In this document: positions 25,686 to 36,907 of the stretch, piece after piece
How positions within the stretch are numbered: the first letter of the stretch is position 1
Layout: each line of letters opens with the position of its first letter
Assembly (NCBI GenBank): GCA_965219415.1
Contig: CBDCNP010000002.1
Location: 1,632,001-1,696,000, forward strand
From: Candidatus Marinacidobacterales bacterium
GTDB lineage: Bacteria > Acidobacteriota > Vicinamibacteria > Marinacidobacterales > DATDRI01
Length of the DNA stretch: 64,000 nucleotides
Direction: 5' to 3'
Position numbers and translations under genes: made by a program
Notes under the pieces: model-generated
Databases searched by the model: none
Told to the model about the DNA's origin: nothing
What the model saw: only the letters and a program-made list of their open reading frames with translations

Positions 25686-27776
25686 ATGAAGACCTACGAA
25701 ACCGCCAACATCAGGAATATTGCTATCGTCGGCCATGGAGGCTCGGGAAAAACCTCCCTAACCTCTGCCATGCTCTTCGATTCCGGTACGGTCAACCGTA
25801 TGGGAAAAGTCGAGGAGGGTAACACCGTTACCGACTTCGACCCCGACGAGATCGAACGCCAGATCAGCCTCTCCACCGGCCTGGCACACTGCGAGTGGCA
25901 CAAGGCCAAAATCAATATCTTGGACACGCCGGGTTATGGCAACTTCATCAATGAGGCGCGTGCCGCATTGCACGTCGCGGATACCGCCGTGGTCACCGTC
26001 TGCGCGGTGGCCGGGGTTGAGGTCCAAACCGAGAAGGTTTGGCAGTTTGCCGAAGAGTTCGGTCTGCCCCGCGTTCTGGTAATCAATCGGCTGGACCGAG
26101 AACGAGCAAGCTTCGAAAGAAGTCTCGGCTCGATACAACAATCTTTTGGGCGTACTGCGGTTCCGATACAACTACCAATGGGCGAAGAGAAGGACTTTCG
26201 CGGCGTCATCGATCTCCTTCGGATGAAGGCTCTCGTCTCGAGCGGAGACGAGAAAGGCTCATACGAAGAGCAGGATATTCCCGAGGACATGAAAGGCACG
26301 GCGAACGACGCCCGCAACGCGCTGACCGAGATGATTGCGGAAGGTGACGATGCGCTCATGGAAAAATTCTTCGAGGCGGGCGAGTTGACTCAAGACGAGT
26401 TCACGAACGGGTTAAAAGCCGGCCTTCTGGCGGGCCGGATCTTCCCGGTGCTAGCGGTGTCGGCGACTCACAACATTGGCGTCCAAACGCTGTTGGATCA
26501 CGTGACGGACCTCGCGCCGTCCCCGGAGGCTCGCGGAGAAGTGAAAGGAAAAGATCCCTCGAATGGAGACGAGATTACCCGCAATCCCTCAGCCGATGAT
26601 CCAACTTCGGTCTTCGTCTTCAAGACCATTGCCGACCCTTACGCGGGACGCATCACCTTGTTTCGCGTTATGAGCGGCGTCTTCAAACCGGACACCGCCT
26701 ACTCGAACGCCGGCAGGGAGTTGACGGAGCGGGTCGGTGCCTTGTCGCTGCTTCAAGGCAAGAACCCGGAGTCGATCTCCGAGATCACCGCCGGGGATCT
26801 CGGCGCCGTCATGAAACTGAAAGAAACGCGCACCGGGGATACGCTGAGCGATAAAGCGCACCCCATCGTGTACGACCCGATTTCTACACCTGAACCGGTC
26901 ATCAGTTTCGCCATCGAGCCCAAGTCGCGAGGTGACGAGGAGAAGATCAGTCAAGCCCTGCAGCGGTTGGTAGAGGAAGATCCGATTCTCCAATACCACC
27001 GCGATGCCAACACCAGCGAGTTGATCCTCTCCGGCACCGGCCAGCTCCACATCGAGGTCGTGGTCGCACGGTTGAAGAAAAAGTTCGGTGTAGAAGTGGA
27101 CGTACACCCACCGAAGGTACCGTACCGAGAGACGATCACCGCCAGCGCCGAGGCCCACGGCCGACACAAGAAGCAAACCGGCGGACATGGGCAGTTCGCC
27201 GACTGCTGGGTCCGCTTCGAGCCCCTGGACGGTGGCGCTGAGTTCGAGTTCGCGAACGAAATCTTCGGTGGATCAATCCCCAAGCAGTACATCCCGGCCG
27301 TAGAAAAGGGGATCCAAGAAGCGCGGATGAGGGGGTACGTGGCGGGATTCCCGATGGTCAACTTCAAGGCCACCGTCTACGACGGCAAGTACCACGCCGT
27401 CGATTCTTCGGAGCTCGCCTTCAAGATCGCCGGTTCACTGGCCTTCAAAGAGGCCATGCCCACGTGCCGCCCGACTTTGCTGGAGCCGATCATGAACGTC
27501 GCCATCTCCGTGCCCGACGACACTACCGGAGACGTGCTGGGCGACCTGAACTCGCGCCGCGGTCGTACACAGGGAATGGACAAGAAAGGCTCGCAGACCA
27601 TGATCAAGGCCCAGGTGCCGATGGCGGAGATGCTCTCCTATGAACCAACCCTGACTTCTATGACGGGGGGCCGAGGGGACTTCCACATGGAGTTCGCCCG
27701 CTACGACGAAGTGCCGACGCACTTACGCCAGAAGCTGATCGAGTCGTTGAAATCAGAAAAAGAGGAGGCGAAGTAA
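25686..27776 (+). CDS. Elongation factor G paralogue (EF-G2 type)
   Basis: GHGGSGKT, DTPG, NRLD and KKQTGGHGQF motifs; full five-domain length; divergent from fusA. Confidence 0.92.
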   Translation: MKTYETANIRNIAIVGHGGSGKTSLTSAMLFDSGTVNRMGKVEEGNTVTDFDPDEIERQISLSTGLAHCEWHKAKINILDTPGYGNFINEARAALHVADTAVVTVCAVAGVEVQTEKVWQFAEEFGLPRVLVINRLDRERASFERSLGSIQQSFGRTAVPIQLPMGEEKDFRGVIDLLRMKALVSSGDEKGSYEEQDIPEDMKGTANDARNALTEMIAEGDDALMEKFFEAGELTQDEFTNGLKAGLLAGRIFPVLAVSATHNIGVQTLLDHVTDLAPSPEARGEVKGKDPSNGDEITRNPSADDPTSVFVFKTIADPYAGRITLFRVMSGVFKPDTAYSNAGRELTERVGALSLLQGKNPESISEITAGDLGAVMKLKETRTGDTLSDKAHPIVYDPISTPEPVISFAIEPKSRGDEEKISQALQRLVEEDPILQYHRDANTSELILSGTGQLHIEVVVARLKKKFGVEVDVHPPKVPYRETITASAEAHGRHKKQTGGHGQFADCWVRFEPLDGGAEFEFANEIFGGSIPKQYIPAVEKGIQEARMRGYVAGFPMVNFKATVYDGKYHAVDSSELAFKIAGSLAFKEAMPTCRPTLLEPIMNVAISVPDDTTGDVLGDLNSRRGRTQGMDKKGSQTMIKAQVPMAEMLSYEPTLTSMTGGRGDFHMEFARYDEVPTHLRQKLIESLKSEKEEAK

Positions 27777-27794
27777 CGGCAGGATTTGGGGGTG

Positions 27795-27885
27795 TCCGCC
27801 TTCGCTCGCCTGGGGGTTCAGCTCAGCGAGCTTCGGCGAGACCGCGCCGTAGCCGCCCAGATTCTCACGCGGCGGCGTAGGCGGG
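27795..27885. repeat. Cruciform palindromic element, family B, nested in a family A repeat
   Basis: CCGCCTTCGC...GCTTCGGCG...CGCCGTAGC...GCGTAGGCGG. Confidence 0.8.
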
Positions 27886-27918
27886 GGGCCCCAGGCGACT
27901 AAGTAATTTCGAGGCTAG

Positions 27919-28515
27919 CTAGCCCTCTTTCTTGGACTTCTTCTTACTCGCCTTTTTCTTCCCGGCCTTGGAAGCGGCTTTCTTCTTCGGTGCGGCCTGC
28001 CGCTTGGCCCCTGCTTTCTTAGCCTTCTTGGAAGCGGCAGAAGCCTCTACTTCTTCTTCATGCTCTTCAGCGTCTTCGGGCTCGGGCTCGTCGACAACTT
28101 TAGGCTTCGCTTCGGCCTTTTCTTTCTTCGAAACGGGCTCCCTCTTCTGCGGCGCAAAGGCGAAGTCGACGAGCTCGATGTAGGCCATCGGAGCGCCATC
28201 CCCCTGGCGGGGGCCGAGCTTCAAGATGCGGGTGTAACCCCCGGGGCGATCGGCAAAACGCGCGGAGAGATCCCGGAACAGTTTGGCGACCGCTTCCTTG
28301 TGCACCATGATGCGAAGCGCCCGGCGACGGGCGTGAAGCGAGTCCTTCTTGCTGAGCGTGATGAGCCGCTCCGCAAAGGGCCGAAGCTCCTTGGCCTTGG
28401 CCAAGGTCGTCCGGATACGCTCGTGGATAAAGAGCGATGCAGTCAAATTGCGCAGCAGACTTATCCGGTGCTCGGTCGTTCGGCCTAATTTGCGGTGGGC
28501 TACTCGGTGTCTCAC
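27919..28515 (-). CDS. rplQ: 50S ribosomal protein L17 with long C-terminal tail
   Basis: MRHR...RKLGR and RPGGYTRI motifs. Confidence 0.97.
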   Translation of the reverse strand: MRHRVAHRKLGRTTEHRISLLRNLTASLFIHERIRTTLAKAKELRPFAERLITLSKKDSLHARRRALRIMVHKEAVAKLFRDLSARFADRPGGYTRILKLGPRQGDGAPMAYIELVDFAFAPQKREPVSKKEKAEAKPKVVDEPEPEDAEEHEEEVEASAASKKAKKAGAKRQAAPKKKAASKAGKKKASKKKSKKEG

Positions 28516-29471
28516 TATTCCACTCTCATCCCCAGCGCAAGCCCCATCGTCGTGAGGATCTCTTTGATCTCATTGAGAGACTTTCGCCCGAAGTTCTTGG
28601 TCTTCAGCATCTCGGACTCGGACTTCTGTACGAGCTCGCCGATGGTCTGAATGTTCGCGTTCTTCAGGCAGTTGTAGGATCGGACCGAGAGCTCCAGCTC
28701 GTCGACGCTGCGGTTGAGGTTCTCGTTTAGCGTCTCGCGCTCGCGGTCGACCAACACCTCGTCAACCGGACCCTCCTCCTCGAAATTCACGAAGATCGTC
28801 AGATGATCCTTGAGAAGTTTCGCTGCGAGTCCGACAGCCTCCAGTGGTGTGACGCAACCATTCGACCACAAGTCGAGCGTCAACTTGTCATAGTCGGTCG
28901 CCTGCCCGACACGAGCGGCTTCGACGAGGAAGTTGACCTTCTTCACGGGCGAATGAACTGAGTCGATTGGGATGTATCCGATCGAAAGGTCCTCGTCGAA
29001 ATTCCTGTCGGCCGCCACGTAACCGCGCCCGTTCCTGAGGCGCATCTCCACGTTGAGCTTGGCGCCCGTGGCGAGATTCGCGATGTGAACCTCCGGATCC
29101 AGAACCTCGATATCGGAGTCCACTTCGATGTCCCCGGCCTTCACTAAACCCTCCCCCTGAGCCTTTAGATAGACCGTCTTGGGACCGGTGGTGTGGAGCT
29201 TGAAGGGAATCTGCTTGAGGTTCAGGACGATACCCGTTGCATCCTCCAAGGCGCCGGGAATGGGGGAGAACTCGTGGAGGACTCCCTCGATCTTGACTGC
29301 GGTAATTGCGGCGCCCTCGATCGACGACAAAAGAACGCGCCGGAGCGCGTTTCCAACGGTGGTGCCGAATCCCCGTTCGAATGGCTGTGCGTAGAATCGA
29401 CCGTATCTCTCGGTCAAGGTTTCGCGGTCTACTTCCAGCCGCTTGGGCTTTTGAAATCCCTTCCAGTGCAT
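28515..29471 (-). CDS. rpoA: RNA polymerase alpha subunit
   Basis: [18 protein letters not shown] and [12 protein letters not shown] motifs. Confidence 0.98.
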   Translation of the reverse strand: MHWKGFQKPKRLEVDRETLTERYGRFYAQPFERGFGTTVGNALRRVLLSSIEGAAITAVKIEGVLHEFSPIPGALEDATGIVLNLKQIPFKLHTTGPKTVYLKAQGEGLVKAGDIEVDSDIEVLDPEVHIANLATGAKLNVEMRLRNGRGYVAADRNFDEDLSIGYIPIDSVHSPVKKVNFLVEAARVGQATDYDKLTLDLWSNGCVTPLEAVGLAAKLLKDHLTIFVNFEEEGPVDEVLVDRERETLNENLNRSVDELELSVRSYNCLKNANIQTIGELVQKSESEMLKTKNFGRKSLNEIKEILTTMGLALGMRVE

Positions 29472-29494
29472 CTTTTAAAACTCCTTCTGTAGGC

Positions 29495-30124
29495 CTACTT
29501 CGAGTAAAGCTCGACGACGAGCTGCTCTTGTACCGGCAGACCGACGTCCTCTCGCTTGGGGAGAGAGATGACCTTCCCAGACGTTTGATCCTCAGCGAGT
29601 TCAAGCCAAGGTGGCGTCCCTCGACTCTTTGCCGCCTCCAGCGACTGTTGGAATTGAGGGTTCTTGCTGTACTTCTGACTGACAGACATGACTTCACCCG
29701 GCCGCAGTATGTACGACGGGATGTTGACCCGGCGGTCACCCACCCGTACGTGCCCGTGGCGAACCAATAATCTGGCCTGAGCGCGAGAGCTGGCAAACCC
29801 TAGTCGATACACGGCGTTGTCGAGTCGACGCTCCAGTAACTGGAGAAGGGTTTCACCGGTAATACCACGTTGACGCTCGGCGCGCTCGAAATAGTTGCGG
29901 AACTGCTTCTCGAGCAAGCCGAAGATTCTCTTCACCTTCTGCTTTTCTCTGAGTTGCAGGCCGTAACCCTGTATTCTGGCCCGACGGCTCTTCCCGTGCT
30001 GACCGGGCGCAAAGTTGCGCTTCTCGATAGCGCACTTCTCCGTAAAACATCGCTCTCCCTTGAGGAAAAGCTTCGTGCCTTCCCGCCGGCAGAGCCTGCA
30101 AACTGGGCCTCGATACCTTGCCAA
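29495..30124 (-). CDS. rpsD: 30S ribosomal protein S4
   Basis: MARY.GP.CRLCRRE and LERRLDN motifs. Confidence 0.98.
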   Translation of the reverse strand: MARYRGPVCRLCRREGTKLFLKGERCFTEKCAIEKRNFAPGQHGKSRRARIQGYGLQLREKQKVKRIFGLLEKQFRNYFERAERQRGITGETLLQLLERRLDNAVYRLGFASSRAQARLLVRHGHVRVGDRRVNIPSYILRPGEVMSVSQKYSKNPQFQQSLEAAKSRGTPPWLELAEDQTSGKVISLPKREDVGLPVQEQLVVELYSK

Positions 30125-30166
30125 GAGACTACCTCCGTATCCTCTCGTCGCACTGCTGCGACATCG

Positions 30167-30580
30167 CTAAACTCTCCGCCTCTTTGGAGGCCGACAACCG
30201 TTGTGAGGAATAGGCGTGACGTCGCGAATCGACCGCACTTCGATTCCCGCCGCCTGAAGTGCGCGAATCGCGGATTCGCGCCCCGATCCTGGGCCCTTGA
30301 CCCGCACGTCGAGCTGTTTGCAGCCGAGCGAGCGGGCGGCGCTGGCCGCGGATTGGGCCGCTTGCTGGGCGGCGAAGGGAGTACCCTTACGGGAACCTTT
30401 GAATCCCAAAGACCCCGCGCTCGACCAGCATACTAGATTCCCCTGTTGGTCCGTGATCGTAATCAGAGTGTTGTTGAAGCTCGCGCGGATATGGGCGACA
30501 CCCTGGTAGAGGGTTTTCTTTTCCTTCTTCTTGTACGCCTTGCGCTTGCCCTTTTTGTCTGTTTCTTTCTTCTTCGCCAT
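30167..30580 (-). CDS. rpsK: 30S ribosomal protein S11
   Basis: SFNNT and [18 protein letters not shown] motifs. Confidence 0.98.
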   Translation of the reverse strand: MAKKKETDKKGKRKAYKKKEKKTLYQGVAHIRASFNNTLITITDQQGNLVCWSSAGSLGFKGSRKGTPFAAQQAAQSAASAARSLGCKQLDVRVKGPGSGRESAIRALQAAGIEVRSIRDVTPIPHNGCRPPKRRRV

Positions 30581-30585
30581 GCAAT

Positions 30586-30966
30586 TTACCTCGGCCTCGT
30601 CGGTGTCCTTCTCATCGTGCCCTTGCGAGGCCCTCTCCGGGTCCTGGCGTTGGTGTGAGTCCGCTGCCCGCGACAGGGGAGGCTGCGACGATGCCGGAAG
30701 CCCCGGTAGGAACCAATGTCCATGAGCCGCTTGATGTTCATTGAGATCTCCTGGCGCAGATCTCCTTCCACCCCACCGGCGGCGTCGATTGCTTTTCCGA
30801 TCCGGCTCACCTCCTCCTCGGAGAGATCCTGGACCCGGATGTCGGCACCGATGCCCACCTCATCCAGAATTCGCTTCGCCCTGACCGACCCAATACCATA
30901 GATGTAGGTAAGTCCGACCTCGATGCGTTTGTTGCGTGGTAAGTCCACGCCGGCGATTCGTGCCAC
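30586..30966 (-). CDS. rpsM: 30S ribosomal protein S13
   Basis: ARIAGVDLP and RGQRT.TNARTR motifs. Confidence 0.98.
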   Translation of the reverse strand: MARIAGVDLPRNKRIEVGLTYIYGIGSVRAKRILDEVGIGADIRVQDLSEEEVSRIGKAIDAAGGVEGDLRQEISMNIKRLMDIGSYRGFRHRRSLPCRGQRTHTNARTRRGPRKGTMRRTPTRPR

Positions 30967-30978
30967 GATTCTCTTCTC

Positions 30979-31092
30979 CTATCCCTGACGCTGTTTGTGC
31001 TTGGGATTGGGGCAAAGAACGCGCACCACTCCCCGGCGCCGAATGACCTTGCATTTGTCGCACATGCGCTTGACCGATGCTCTAACTTTCAT
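30979..31092 (-). CDS. rpmJ: 50S ribosomal protein L36
   Basis: Hand translation [37 protein letters not shown] (below the ORF-track cutoff). Confidence 0.97.
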   Translation of the reverse strand: MKVRASVKRMCDKCKVIRRRGVVRVLCPNPKHKQRQG

Positions 31093-31100
31093 TTCCGTTC

Positions 31101-31319
31101 CTACTTGTACCGATAAACGATTCTGCCGCGGGTGAGGTCATAGGGAGAAAGCTCCACCAAAACCTTGTCCCCCGGTAAAATCCGAATGAAATGTCGTCTC
31201 ATCTTGCCCGAGACGTGAGCCAGCACTTTGTGCTTGTTCTCGAGCTCTACTTTGAACATAGCGTTAGGGAGCGGTTCCAGCACCGTGGCCACGACCTCGA
31301 TCGCGTCCTCTTTAGACAC
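31101..31319 (-). CDS. infA: Translation initiation factor IF-1
   Basis: LPNAMF.VELEN and [10 protein letters not shown] motifs; GTG start. Confidence 0.97.
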   Translation of the reverse strand: MSKEDAIEVVATVLEPLPNAMFKVELENKHKVLAHVSGKMRRHFIRILPGDKVLVELSPYDLTRGRIVYRYK

Positions 31320-32085
31320 CGTTACCACCTCCCGGATTGGGCCCACTCAAGACCCACGGGCCATTGTCGGTAACGGCCACCGATCGCTCGAAGTGAGCCG
31401 AATAGCTGCCGTCCATCGTCACCACCGTCCAATTGTCCGACAGCGTCTTCACGAAGTGCGCCCCTACGTTGACCATCGGCTCGATCGCCAGGGCCATACC
31501 CGGGAGCAACCGCGGCCCTTTTCCAGGCTCTCCGTAATTAGGCACCTGCGGATCCTCATGGAGCGCGGTTCCGATTCCATGACCGACGAAATCCCGTACC
31601 ACCGAGAACCCTTGGTTCTCGACGTAACTTTGGACTGCGTGGCCGATGTCGGAGATCCGGTTGCCGACCCGCATGGCTTCGATACCCTTGTAAAGCGCGG
31701 CCTCCGTGACCTCGAGAAGCTTCCGTAGGGACTCCGAAACCTTTCCCACCGCGACGGTCACCGCGCCATCCCCGTAGAGACCGTCTACTATAGTGCCCAA
31801 ATCCAGGCTTACCAAATCGCCGTCTTTGATCACTCGTTCCGGCGAGGGAATGCCATGCACGACCTCGTCATTTATCGAGACACACAACGTCGCGGGGAAG
31901 CCGCGATAACCCTTGAAGGCCGGCTCGGCGCCCGCCTTACGGATGCTCTTTTCCGCCTGGCGATCCAAATCTTCCGTGGTAATGCCCGGCTCCAACGACT
32001 CCGTCAATTCCTCGAGGACGCTCACCACCAAGGCATTCGCCCGGTGCATCTTTGCGAGCTCATTATCGGATCGACGGACGATCAT
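31312..32085 (-). CDS. map: Methionine aminopeptidase type I
   Basis: [20 protein letters not shown] and SAHFE motifs; ATGA overlap with adk. Confidence 0.96.
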   Translation of the reverse strand: MIVRRSDNELAKMHRANALVVSVLEELTESLEPGITTEDLDRQAEKSIRKAGAEPAFKGYRGFPATLCVSINDEVVHGIPSPERVIKDGDLVSLDLGTIVDGLYGDGAVTVAVGKVSESLRKLLEVTEAALYKGIEAMRVGNRISDIGHAVQSYVENQGFSVVRDFVGHGIGTALHEDPQVPNYGEPGKGPRLLPGMALAIEPMVNVGAHFVKTLSDNWTVVTMDGSYSAHFERSVAVTDNGPWVLSGPNPGGGNGV

Positions 32086-32747
32086 GACTTTCCACGCTCC
32101 CCGACCTTCTGCCCGACCACCGAGGAGAGCCGCTCGAACACAGCTTGTGGACTGCCCTGGCCGTCGACGTTCGCCACCCGATCTCCGTAGTAGTCCAACA
32201 AAGGCCTGGTCTGACGATCGTAGACCGCCAGCCGCTCCCGCACCGTATCTTCTTCGTCGTCTGCTCGTTGCGCCAGCCCCTGCCCACAGACATCGCAGAC
32301 ATCTGGCTTCTGCGAAGGCTCCCGGTGCACGTTGAAAACCGCCTTGCAGTTCGGACAACTCCGGCGACCAGAAATGCGACGAACCAGCTCCTCCTCATCG
32401 ACGCTAATGTTGGCCACGACCACGGCCGGCTCCGAGCGTTCCCCCATGAGCTCGTCGAGCGAGCGCGCTTGGGGAAGCGTTCGCGGATAGCCATCCAAAA
32501 TGTATCCCCTGCCGGCGTCGGACTGGGCCAATCGCTCCCGAATGATGCCCAGCATGATGTCGTCACCCACGAGCTGACCGGCTTCCATCACCTTCCTCGC
32601 CTCGAGCCCGAGCCTCGTTCCGTCGGCAACCGCCTGCCGAAGGATGTCTCCGGTCGAGATATGAGGCACCTTCAATTCTTCAGAAAGCCTCTCCGCCTGC
32701 GTTCCCTTGCCCGCTCCCGGAGGCCCCAAAAGGATCAGCCGCAGCAT
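32082..32747 (-). CDS. adk: Adenylate kinase
   Basis: GPPGAGKGTQ and LDGYPRT motifs; Zn-type lid. Confidence 0.97.
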   Translation of the reverse strand: MLRLILLGPPGAGKGTQAERLSEELKVPHISTGDILRQAVADGTRLGLEARKVMEAGQLVGDDIMLGIIRERLAQSDAGRGYILDGYPRTLPQARSLDELMGERSEPAVVVANISVDEEELVRRISGRRSCPNCKAVFNVHREPSQKPDVCDVCGQGLAQRADDEEDTVRERLAVYDRQTRPLLDYYGDRVANVDGQGSPQAVFERLSSVVGQKVGERGKS

Positions 32748-32750
32748 GGC

Positions 32751-34136
32751 CTATCCCCGCCTTCCCCGGACACGCCCTCGCTTCATGAAGCCGTCGTAAT
32801 GACGCATGATCAGCTGACTTTCTACCTGCTGGACCGTGTCCATGGCCACACCCACCACGATGAGCAGCGAAGTGCCCCCGAAATAGAACGTCACGTTCAG
32901 TCCTTCCGTCACGAAGGTCGGAAGAACCGAGTCGAGAAAGGGCCCAATCACGGGTAAGGGAGCGACCTTGAACCCCGCCAGCAGGAACTCCGGCAAGACG
33001 GCCACCGCAGCCAGATAGAGAGCGCCACCTAGAGTCAGCCGCGTCAGAATCGAATCAATATACTCCGCGGTACGTTTACCAGGTCTTATTCCTGGTATGT
33101 AGCCACCATATTTCCGCATGTTGTCGGCCACATCGTTCGGGTTGAAGATGATGGCGGTGTAAAAGTAACAAAAGAATATGATCGCCGTCACGTACAAGAG
33201 CGTATAGAGTGGCATGCCCCAAGCCAGCTGCTGGGCGATATTTATCATCCAGGGACTATTCGGAAACATCGAGGCAAAGGTTTGCGGCAGGGCGATGATC
33301 GAGCTGGCGAAAATGACCGGGATGACCCCACCGGTATTGACGCGAAGCGGCAAGTGCGTCGACTGCCCCTGATACATCTTCCGTCCCACGACGCGTTTGG
33401 CGTACTGGACGGGAATCCTTCGCTGACCGCGTTCTACGAAAACAATGGCTGCTACTACAACGACCATGAAGGCCGATAGGAGCAAGACCACGAGGATCGA
33501 TTGCTGGCCGGTCTGCAGGTTGCGAACGGTGGTCACAATGGCGGATGGAAAACCCACGACGATCCCAGCAAAGATCAACAAGGACATTCCATTGCCGACG
33601 CCTCGTTCGGTGATTTGTTCCCCCAGCCACATGATGAAGACCGTGCCTGCGGTCAAGGTCAACACCGTCATGAGCGTGAAGCCCAGGCCGGGATCGCTGA
33701 CCAATGTAATCCCACCGGTCAGCGTCGTCTTTTGCAAGAAGGCCGCGATGCCCGCCGACTGGATCACGCTCAACAAAACCGTCCCGTATCGAGTGTACTG
33801 GGTTATCTTCCTCCGCCCCAACTCACCCTCCTTGGAGAGCTTCTCCAAGTAGGGCCACACCACTGTCAATAGCTGCAGGATGATCGAGGCACTGATGTAG
33901 GGCATGATCCCAAGGGCGAACACCGTCACCTTGGAGAGATTGCCTCCCGAGAACATGTCCACGAAGCCGAACCAAGTGTCCCGATTCTGCTCGAAAAACT
34001 CCGTGAGAGCCCTCGCATCGACGCCGGGAGTCGGAACGTGGTTACCAAGGCGATACACGGCTAGCATCGCCAAGGTAAACAACACCCGATTCCTCAAATC
34101 GGGGATGCGAAAGATGTTCTTGAGGCTTTCAATCAC
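32751..34136 (-). CDS. secY: Preprotein translocase SecY
   Basis: [28 protein letters not shown] and IPGIRPG motifs. Confidence 0.98.
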   Translation of the reverse strand: MIESLKNIFRIPDLRNRVLFTLAMLAVYRLGNHVPTPGVDARALTEFFEQNRDTWFGFVDMFSGGNLSKVTVFALGIMPYISASIILQLLTVVWPYLEKLSKEGELGRRKITQYTRYGTVLLSVIQSAGIAAFLQKTTLTGGITLVSDPGLGFTLMTVLTLTAGTVFIMWLGEQITERGVGNGMSLLIFAGIVVGFPSAIVTTVRNLQTGQQSILVVLLLSAFMVVVVAAIVFVERGQRRIPVQYAKRVVGRKMYQGQSTHLPLRVNTGGVIPVIFASSIIALPQTFASMFPNSPWMINIAQQLAWGMPLYTLLYVTAIIFFCYFYTAIIFNPNDVADNMRKYGGYIPGIRPGKRTAEYIDSILTRLTLGGALYLAAVAVLPEFLLAGFKVAPLPVIGPFLDSVLPTFVTEGLNVTFYFGGTSLLIVVGVAMDTVQQVESQLIMRHYDGFMKRGRVRGRRG

Positions 34137-34579
34137 GTGGGCAAAACCTCCGCCCTACCTCCGGCGGCTTCGATCTTGGCACGCGCTGCGGCGCTGAAAC
34201 GATGAGCCTGAACGACAAGGTTCTTCTTCAATTCGCCGTCGCCCAATATCTTGAGCCCATCGCCCAATTTTCGGATGAGACCGGTGGTCTGCAGAAGCTC
34301 AGGCGTCACGACCCTTCCTTCCGGGAATCGCTCCAGGTCACAAACGTTAACGATGGCCAGCTCCTTGGCAAAGTTGTTAACGAAACCACGTTTGGGGAGG
34401 CGTCGGATGAGGGGCATCTGGCCTCCTTCGAATCCATAGCGTCTCGAGTAGCCGGAGCGAGACTTCGCACCCTTGGAACCGCGGCCGGCCGTTTTTCCCG
34501 AGCCGGAGCCAGGACCGCGGCCAATTCTCTTCTTCGTTTTCGTCGCTCCGCGTGCCGGTTTCAACGATTCCAAACTCAT
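34133..34579 (-). CDS. rplO: 50S ribosomal protein L15
   Basis: [17 protein letters not shown] motif. Confidence 0.98.
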   Translation of the reverse strand: MSLESLKPARGATKTKKRIGRGPGSGSGKTAGRGSKGAKSRSGYSRRYGFEGGQMPLIRRLPKRGFVNNFAKELAIVNVCDLERFPEGRVVTPELLQTTGLIRKLGDGLKILGDGELKKNLVVQAHRFSAAARAKIEAAGGRAEVLPT

Positions 34580-34587
34580 TTCGAACC

Positions 34588-34977
34588 TCAGGCGATAATG
34601 TTCACTAGGTGGGGCACCTTGGCCACCATCCCTCGAATCTCTCGCGTATCTTTCCGCGTCACAATCTGATTCATGCGGCGAAGCCCCAATCCGGCGACCA
34701 CCGCCCGCTGATGCGGGGAGCTACCGATCAGACTGCGCACGAGCTGGATCTGCAAACCCTCAGAAGCCCCTGCCACCTTGGTCCCCGCCGCCGTTTTCTT
34801 GGCGGAAGCCGCCGCGCCAGCTTCGTCGGCAAGCTTGACGGCAGCAACAGGTTTGGCAGCCGTGGCGGTCTTCTTCTTGGCGTTCTGAGCCGGCTTGGCA
34901 TCCTTAGCCGGCTTAGCAGACTCGGCCGTGGCCTTCGCCTTGGCGCTCGGCGACTTCTTCGTCGTCTTCTTGGTCAT
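34588..34977 (-). CDS. rpmD: 50S ribosomal protein L30 with long N-terminal extension
   Basis: C-terminal LVRSLIG...LGLRR...RGMV.KV.HL; position between rpsE and rplO. Confidence 0.92.
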   Translation of the reverse strand: MTKKTTKKSPSAKAKATAESAKPAKDAKPAQNAKKKTATAAKPVAAVKLADEAGAAASAKKTAAGTKVAGASEGLQIQLVRSLIGSSPHQRAVVAGLGLRRMNQIVTRKDTREIRGMVAKVPHLVNIIA

Positions 34978-35011
34978 ATTCTCGTCATCTAATGGCAGGC
35001 TCTGCCATCAC

Positions 35012-35521
35012 CTATCCTGTTACCTCGGAAAGCTCCTTCCCCCTCAAGCGGGCGACCTCTACCGGGTCTCGGAGCGCTGTGAGTCCTTGCATCGTCGCCT
35101 TCACAACGTTGTGAGGATTCGCCGTTCCAAGTGATTTCGTCAGAATGTCCTTGATTCCCGCCGCCTCGACAACGGCACGCACCGCTCCGCCCGCGATCAC
35201 ACCAGTGCCTTCGGGAGCCGGCTTCAGAAGCACGCGGCCCGCGCCGTACCGCCCGGTAACCATGTGTGGAATGGAAGATCCCGCGAGCGGTACGCGAACG
35301 AGATTCTTCTTAGCGATCTCTATCCCTTTTCGGATGGCAGACGGCACTTCCTTCGCCTTGCCCATGCCGAAACCGACGTGCCCGGCTCCGTCTCCGACGA
35401 CGACCAAGGCACTGAAGGACAGGTTCTTGCCACCCTTGACGACCTTGGTGACTCGATTGATGTTGACAACCTGGTCCTTGAGCTCTAATGAGCCCGAGTC
35501 AATCTTCTGTCGTAATCGCAT
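35012..35521 (-). CDS. rpsE: 30S ribosomal protein S5
   Basis: RVTKVVKGG and GTGVIAGG motifs. Confidence 0.98.
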   Translation of the reverse strand: MRLRQKIDSGSLELKDQVVNINRVTKVVKGGKNLSFSALVVVGDGAGHVGFGMGKAKEVPSAIRKGIEIAKKNLVRVPLAGSSIPHMVTGRYGAGRVLLKPAPEGTGVIAGGAVRAVVEAAGIKDILTKSLGTANPHNVVKATMQGLTALRDPVEVARLRGKELSEVTG

Positions 35522-35550
35522 GAAGCTCCTTAGCCCTAAAGCAAGTAGAG

Positions 35551-35910
35551 TTAGAACTTAAGCCCGCCTTCGCGCGCCGCATCTGCCAACGTCCTAACCC
35601 TACCGTGGTATCTGAACCCGTTGCGGTCGAAAACCACTTGCTCGATTCCTTTTTCCTTGCTGCGTTCGGCGATAAGTTTTCCGATCTCGGTGGCAGCCTG
35701 CTTGTTTTGACCCACCTTGCTGGAGAAGTCCTTCTCCAAGCTGCTGGCCGACACCAGGGTTCGGCCCGTGGCATCATCGACCACCTGCGCGTAGATGTGC
35801 TTCAGGCTTCTATAGATGCAAAGACGCGGTCGCTCCGCCGTGCCGGAAAGCTTGCGGCGAATTCGATACTTGATGCGCTGTCGCGCCTGCCCTCTGGTTC
35901 GAACTTTCAT
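35551..35910 (-). CDS. rplR: 50S ribosomal protein L18
   Basis: RPRL...RS.KHIYAQ and FDRNG.RYHGR motifs; ATG at 35910. Confidence 0.97.
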   Translation of the reverse strand: MKVRTRGQARQRIKYRIRRKLSGTAERPRLCIYRSLKHIYAQVVDDATGRTLVSASSLEKDFSSKVGQNKQAATEIGKLIAERSKEKGIEQVVFDRNGFRYHGRVRTLADAAREGGLKF

Positions 35911-35947
35911 AAAACTCTTCCTAAGTAGGCTAAATAGACAAAGTACG

Positions 35948-36493
35948 CTAAGTAACAGCGGCTCCGGTCTTGCCCGCCTTCTTCTTGAGCACCTCGCCCA
36001 CATAGCGAATGCCCTTCTGCTTGTAGGGATCCGGCTTCCGAAGGTCGCGGATACGGGCCGCGACCTGTCCCACCTGATGCTTGTCGGCACCGGAGACCGT
36101 AATACGGGTTTGTTTCTCGATGTCGATCTCGATGCCGGCAGGTATTTCGAACTCGATGGGATGAGAGTAGCCCAGACTGAACGATACCTTCTTGCCTTCC
36201 ACCTGCGCGCGATACCCGATACCGACGATATCTAGCTGCTTCGAGAACCCCTGGGATACTCCGTGCACGGCGTTGGCCACCAGAGTGCGAGTGAGACCCC
36301 AAAGCGGTCTCAATCCCTTCGAATCCTCGGCGAGAATGGCGCGCAGTTCCCCATTACCCTGCTCGATCCTCACTCCCTTCGCCAGCCGGGTAACCAACTT
36401 GCCCTTCGGTCCTTCCACCTCGATTCGACCTTCGTGGAGAGCTACCTTGACCCCGCTGGGAATAGGAATGGGCTTACGACCGATACGCGACAT
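35948..36493 (-). CDS. rplF: 50S ribosomal protein L6
   Basis: MSRIGRKP and PDPYK.KGIRY motifs. Confidence 0.98.
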   Translation of the reverse strand: MSRIGRKPIPIPSGVKVALHEGRIEVEGPKGKLVTRLAKGVRIEQGNGELRAILAEDSKGLRPLWGLTRTLVANAVHGVSQGFSKQLDIVGIGYRAQVEGKKVSFSLGYSHPIEFEIPAGIEIDIEKQTRITVSGADKHQVGQVAARIRDLRKPDPYKQKGIRYVGEVLKKKAGKTGAAVT

Positions 36494-36499
36494 GAGTTA

Positions 36500-36895
36500 T
36501 CACCAGATGTTGCAAAGAATCTCACCACCCACGCCGTCACGAGTTGCCTGCCTGCCGGTCATGAGACCGCGAGAGGTGGACACGATGTTGATACCCAAAC
36601 CCCCTTGAACTTTGGGGATCTCATTTTTGTTGCAATAAATCCGGCAGCCCGGCCTAGAGACGCGCGCTAGCCCCCGAATCACTTCCTCACCACCCGCGCC
36701 CTTGCGAAAGAAAACTCGCACCATGCCCTGGTGTCGATTCTCGATGAACTTGTAATTCTGAATGTACCCTTCTTCCTTGAGAATCCTAGCCAGCTCCTGT
36801 TTCAGCTTGGAGCCAGGGACGTCGACTTTCGCTTGACGCGCTTGTAGGCCGTTACGAATCCGGGTCAGCATGTCCGCGATCGGATCGGTCATCAT
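36500..36895 (-). CDS. rpsH: 30S ribosomal protein S8
   Basis: [12 protein letters not shown] motif. Confidence 0.98.
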   Translation of the reverse strand: MMTDPIADMLTRIRNGLQARQAKVDVPGSKLKQELARILKEEGYIQNYKFIENRHQGMVRVFFRKGAGGEEVIRGLARVSRPGCRIYCNKNEIPKVQGGLGINIVSTSRGLMTGRQATRDGVGGEILCNIW

Positions 36896-36907
36896 AATGA
36901 ATCTCTC

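Noticed and set aside
35551-36090. Long N-terminal extensions of L18 (and likewise L29, Map and IF-1) in the ORF track
   Set aside because: They are artefacts of choosing the most upstream start; downstream starts give normal lengths.
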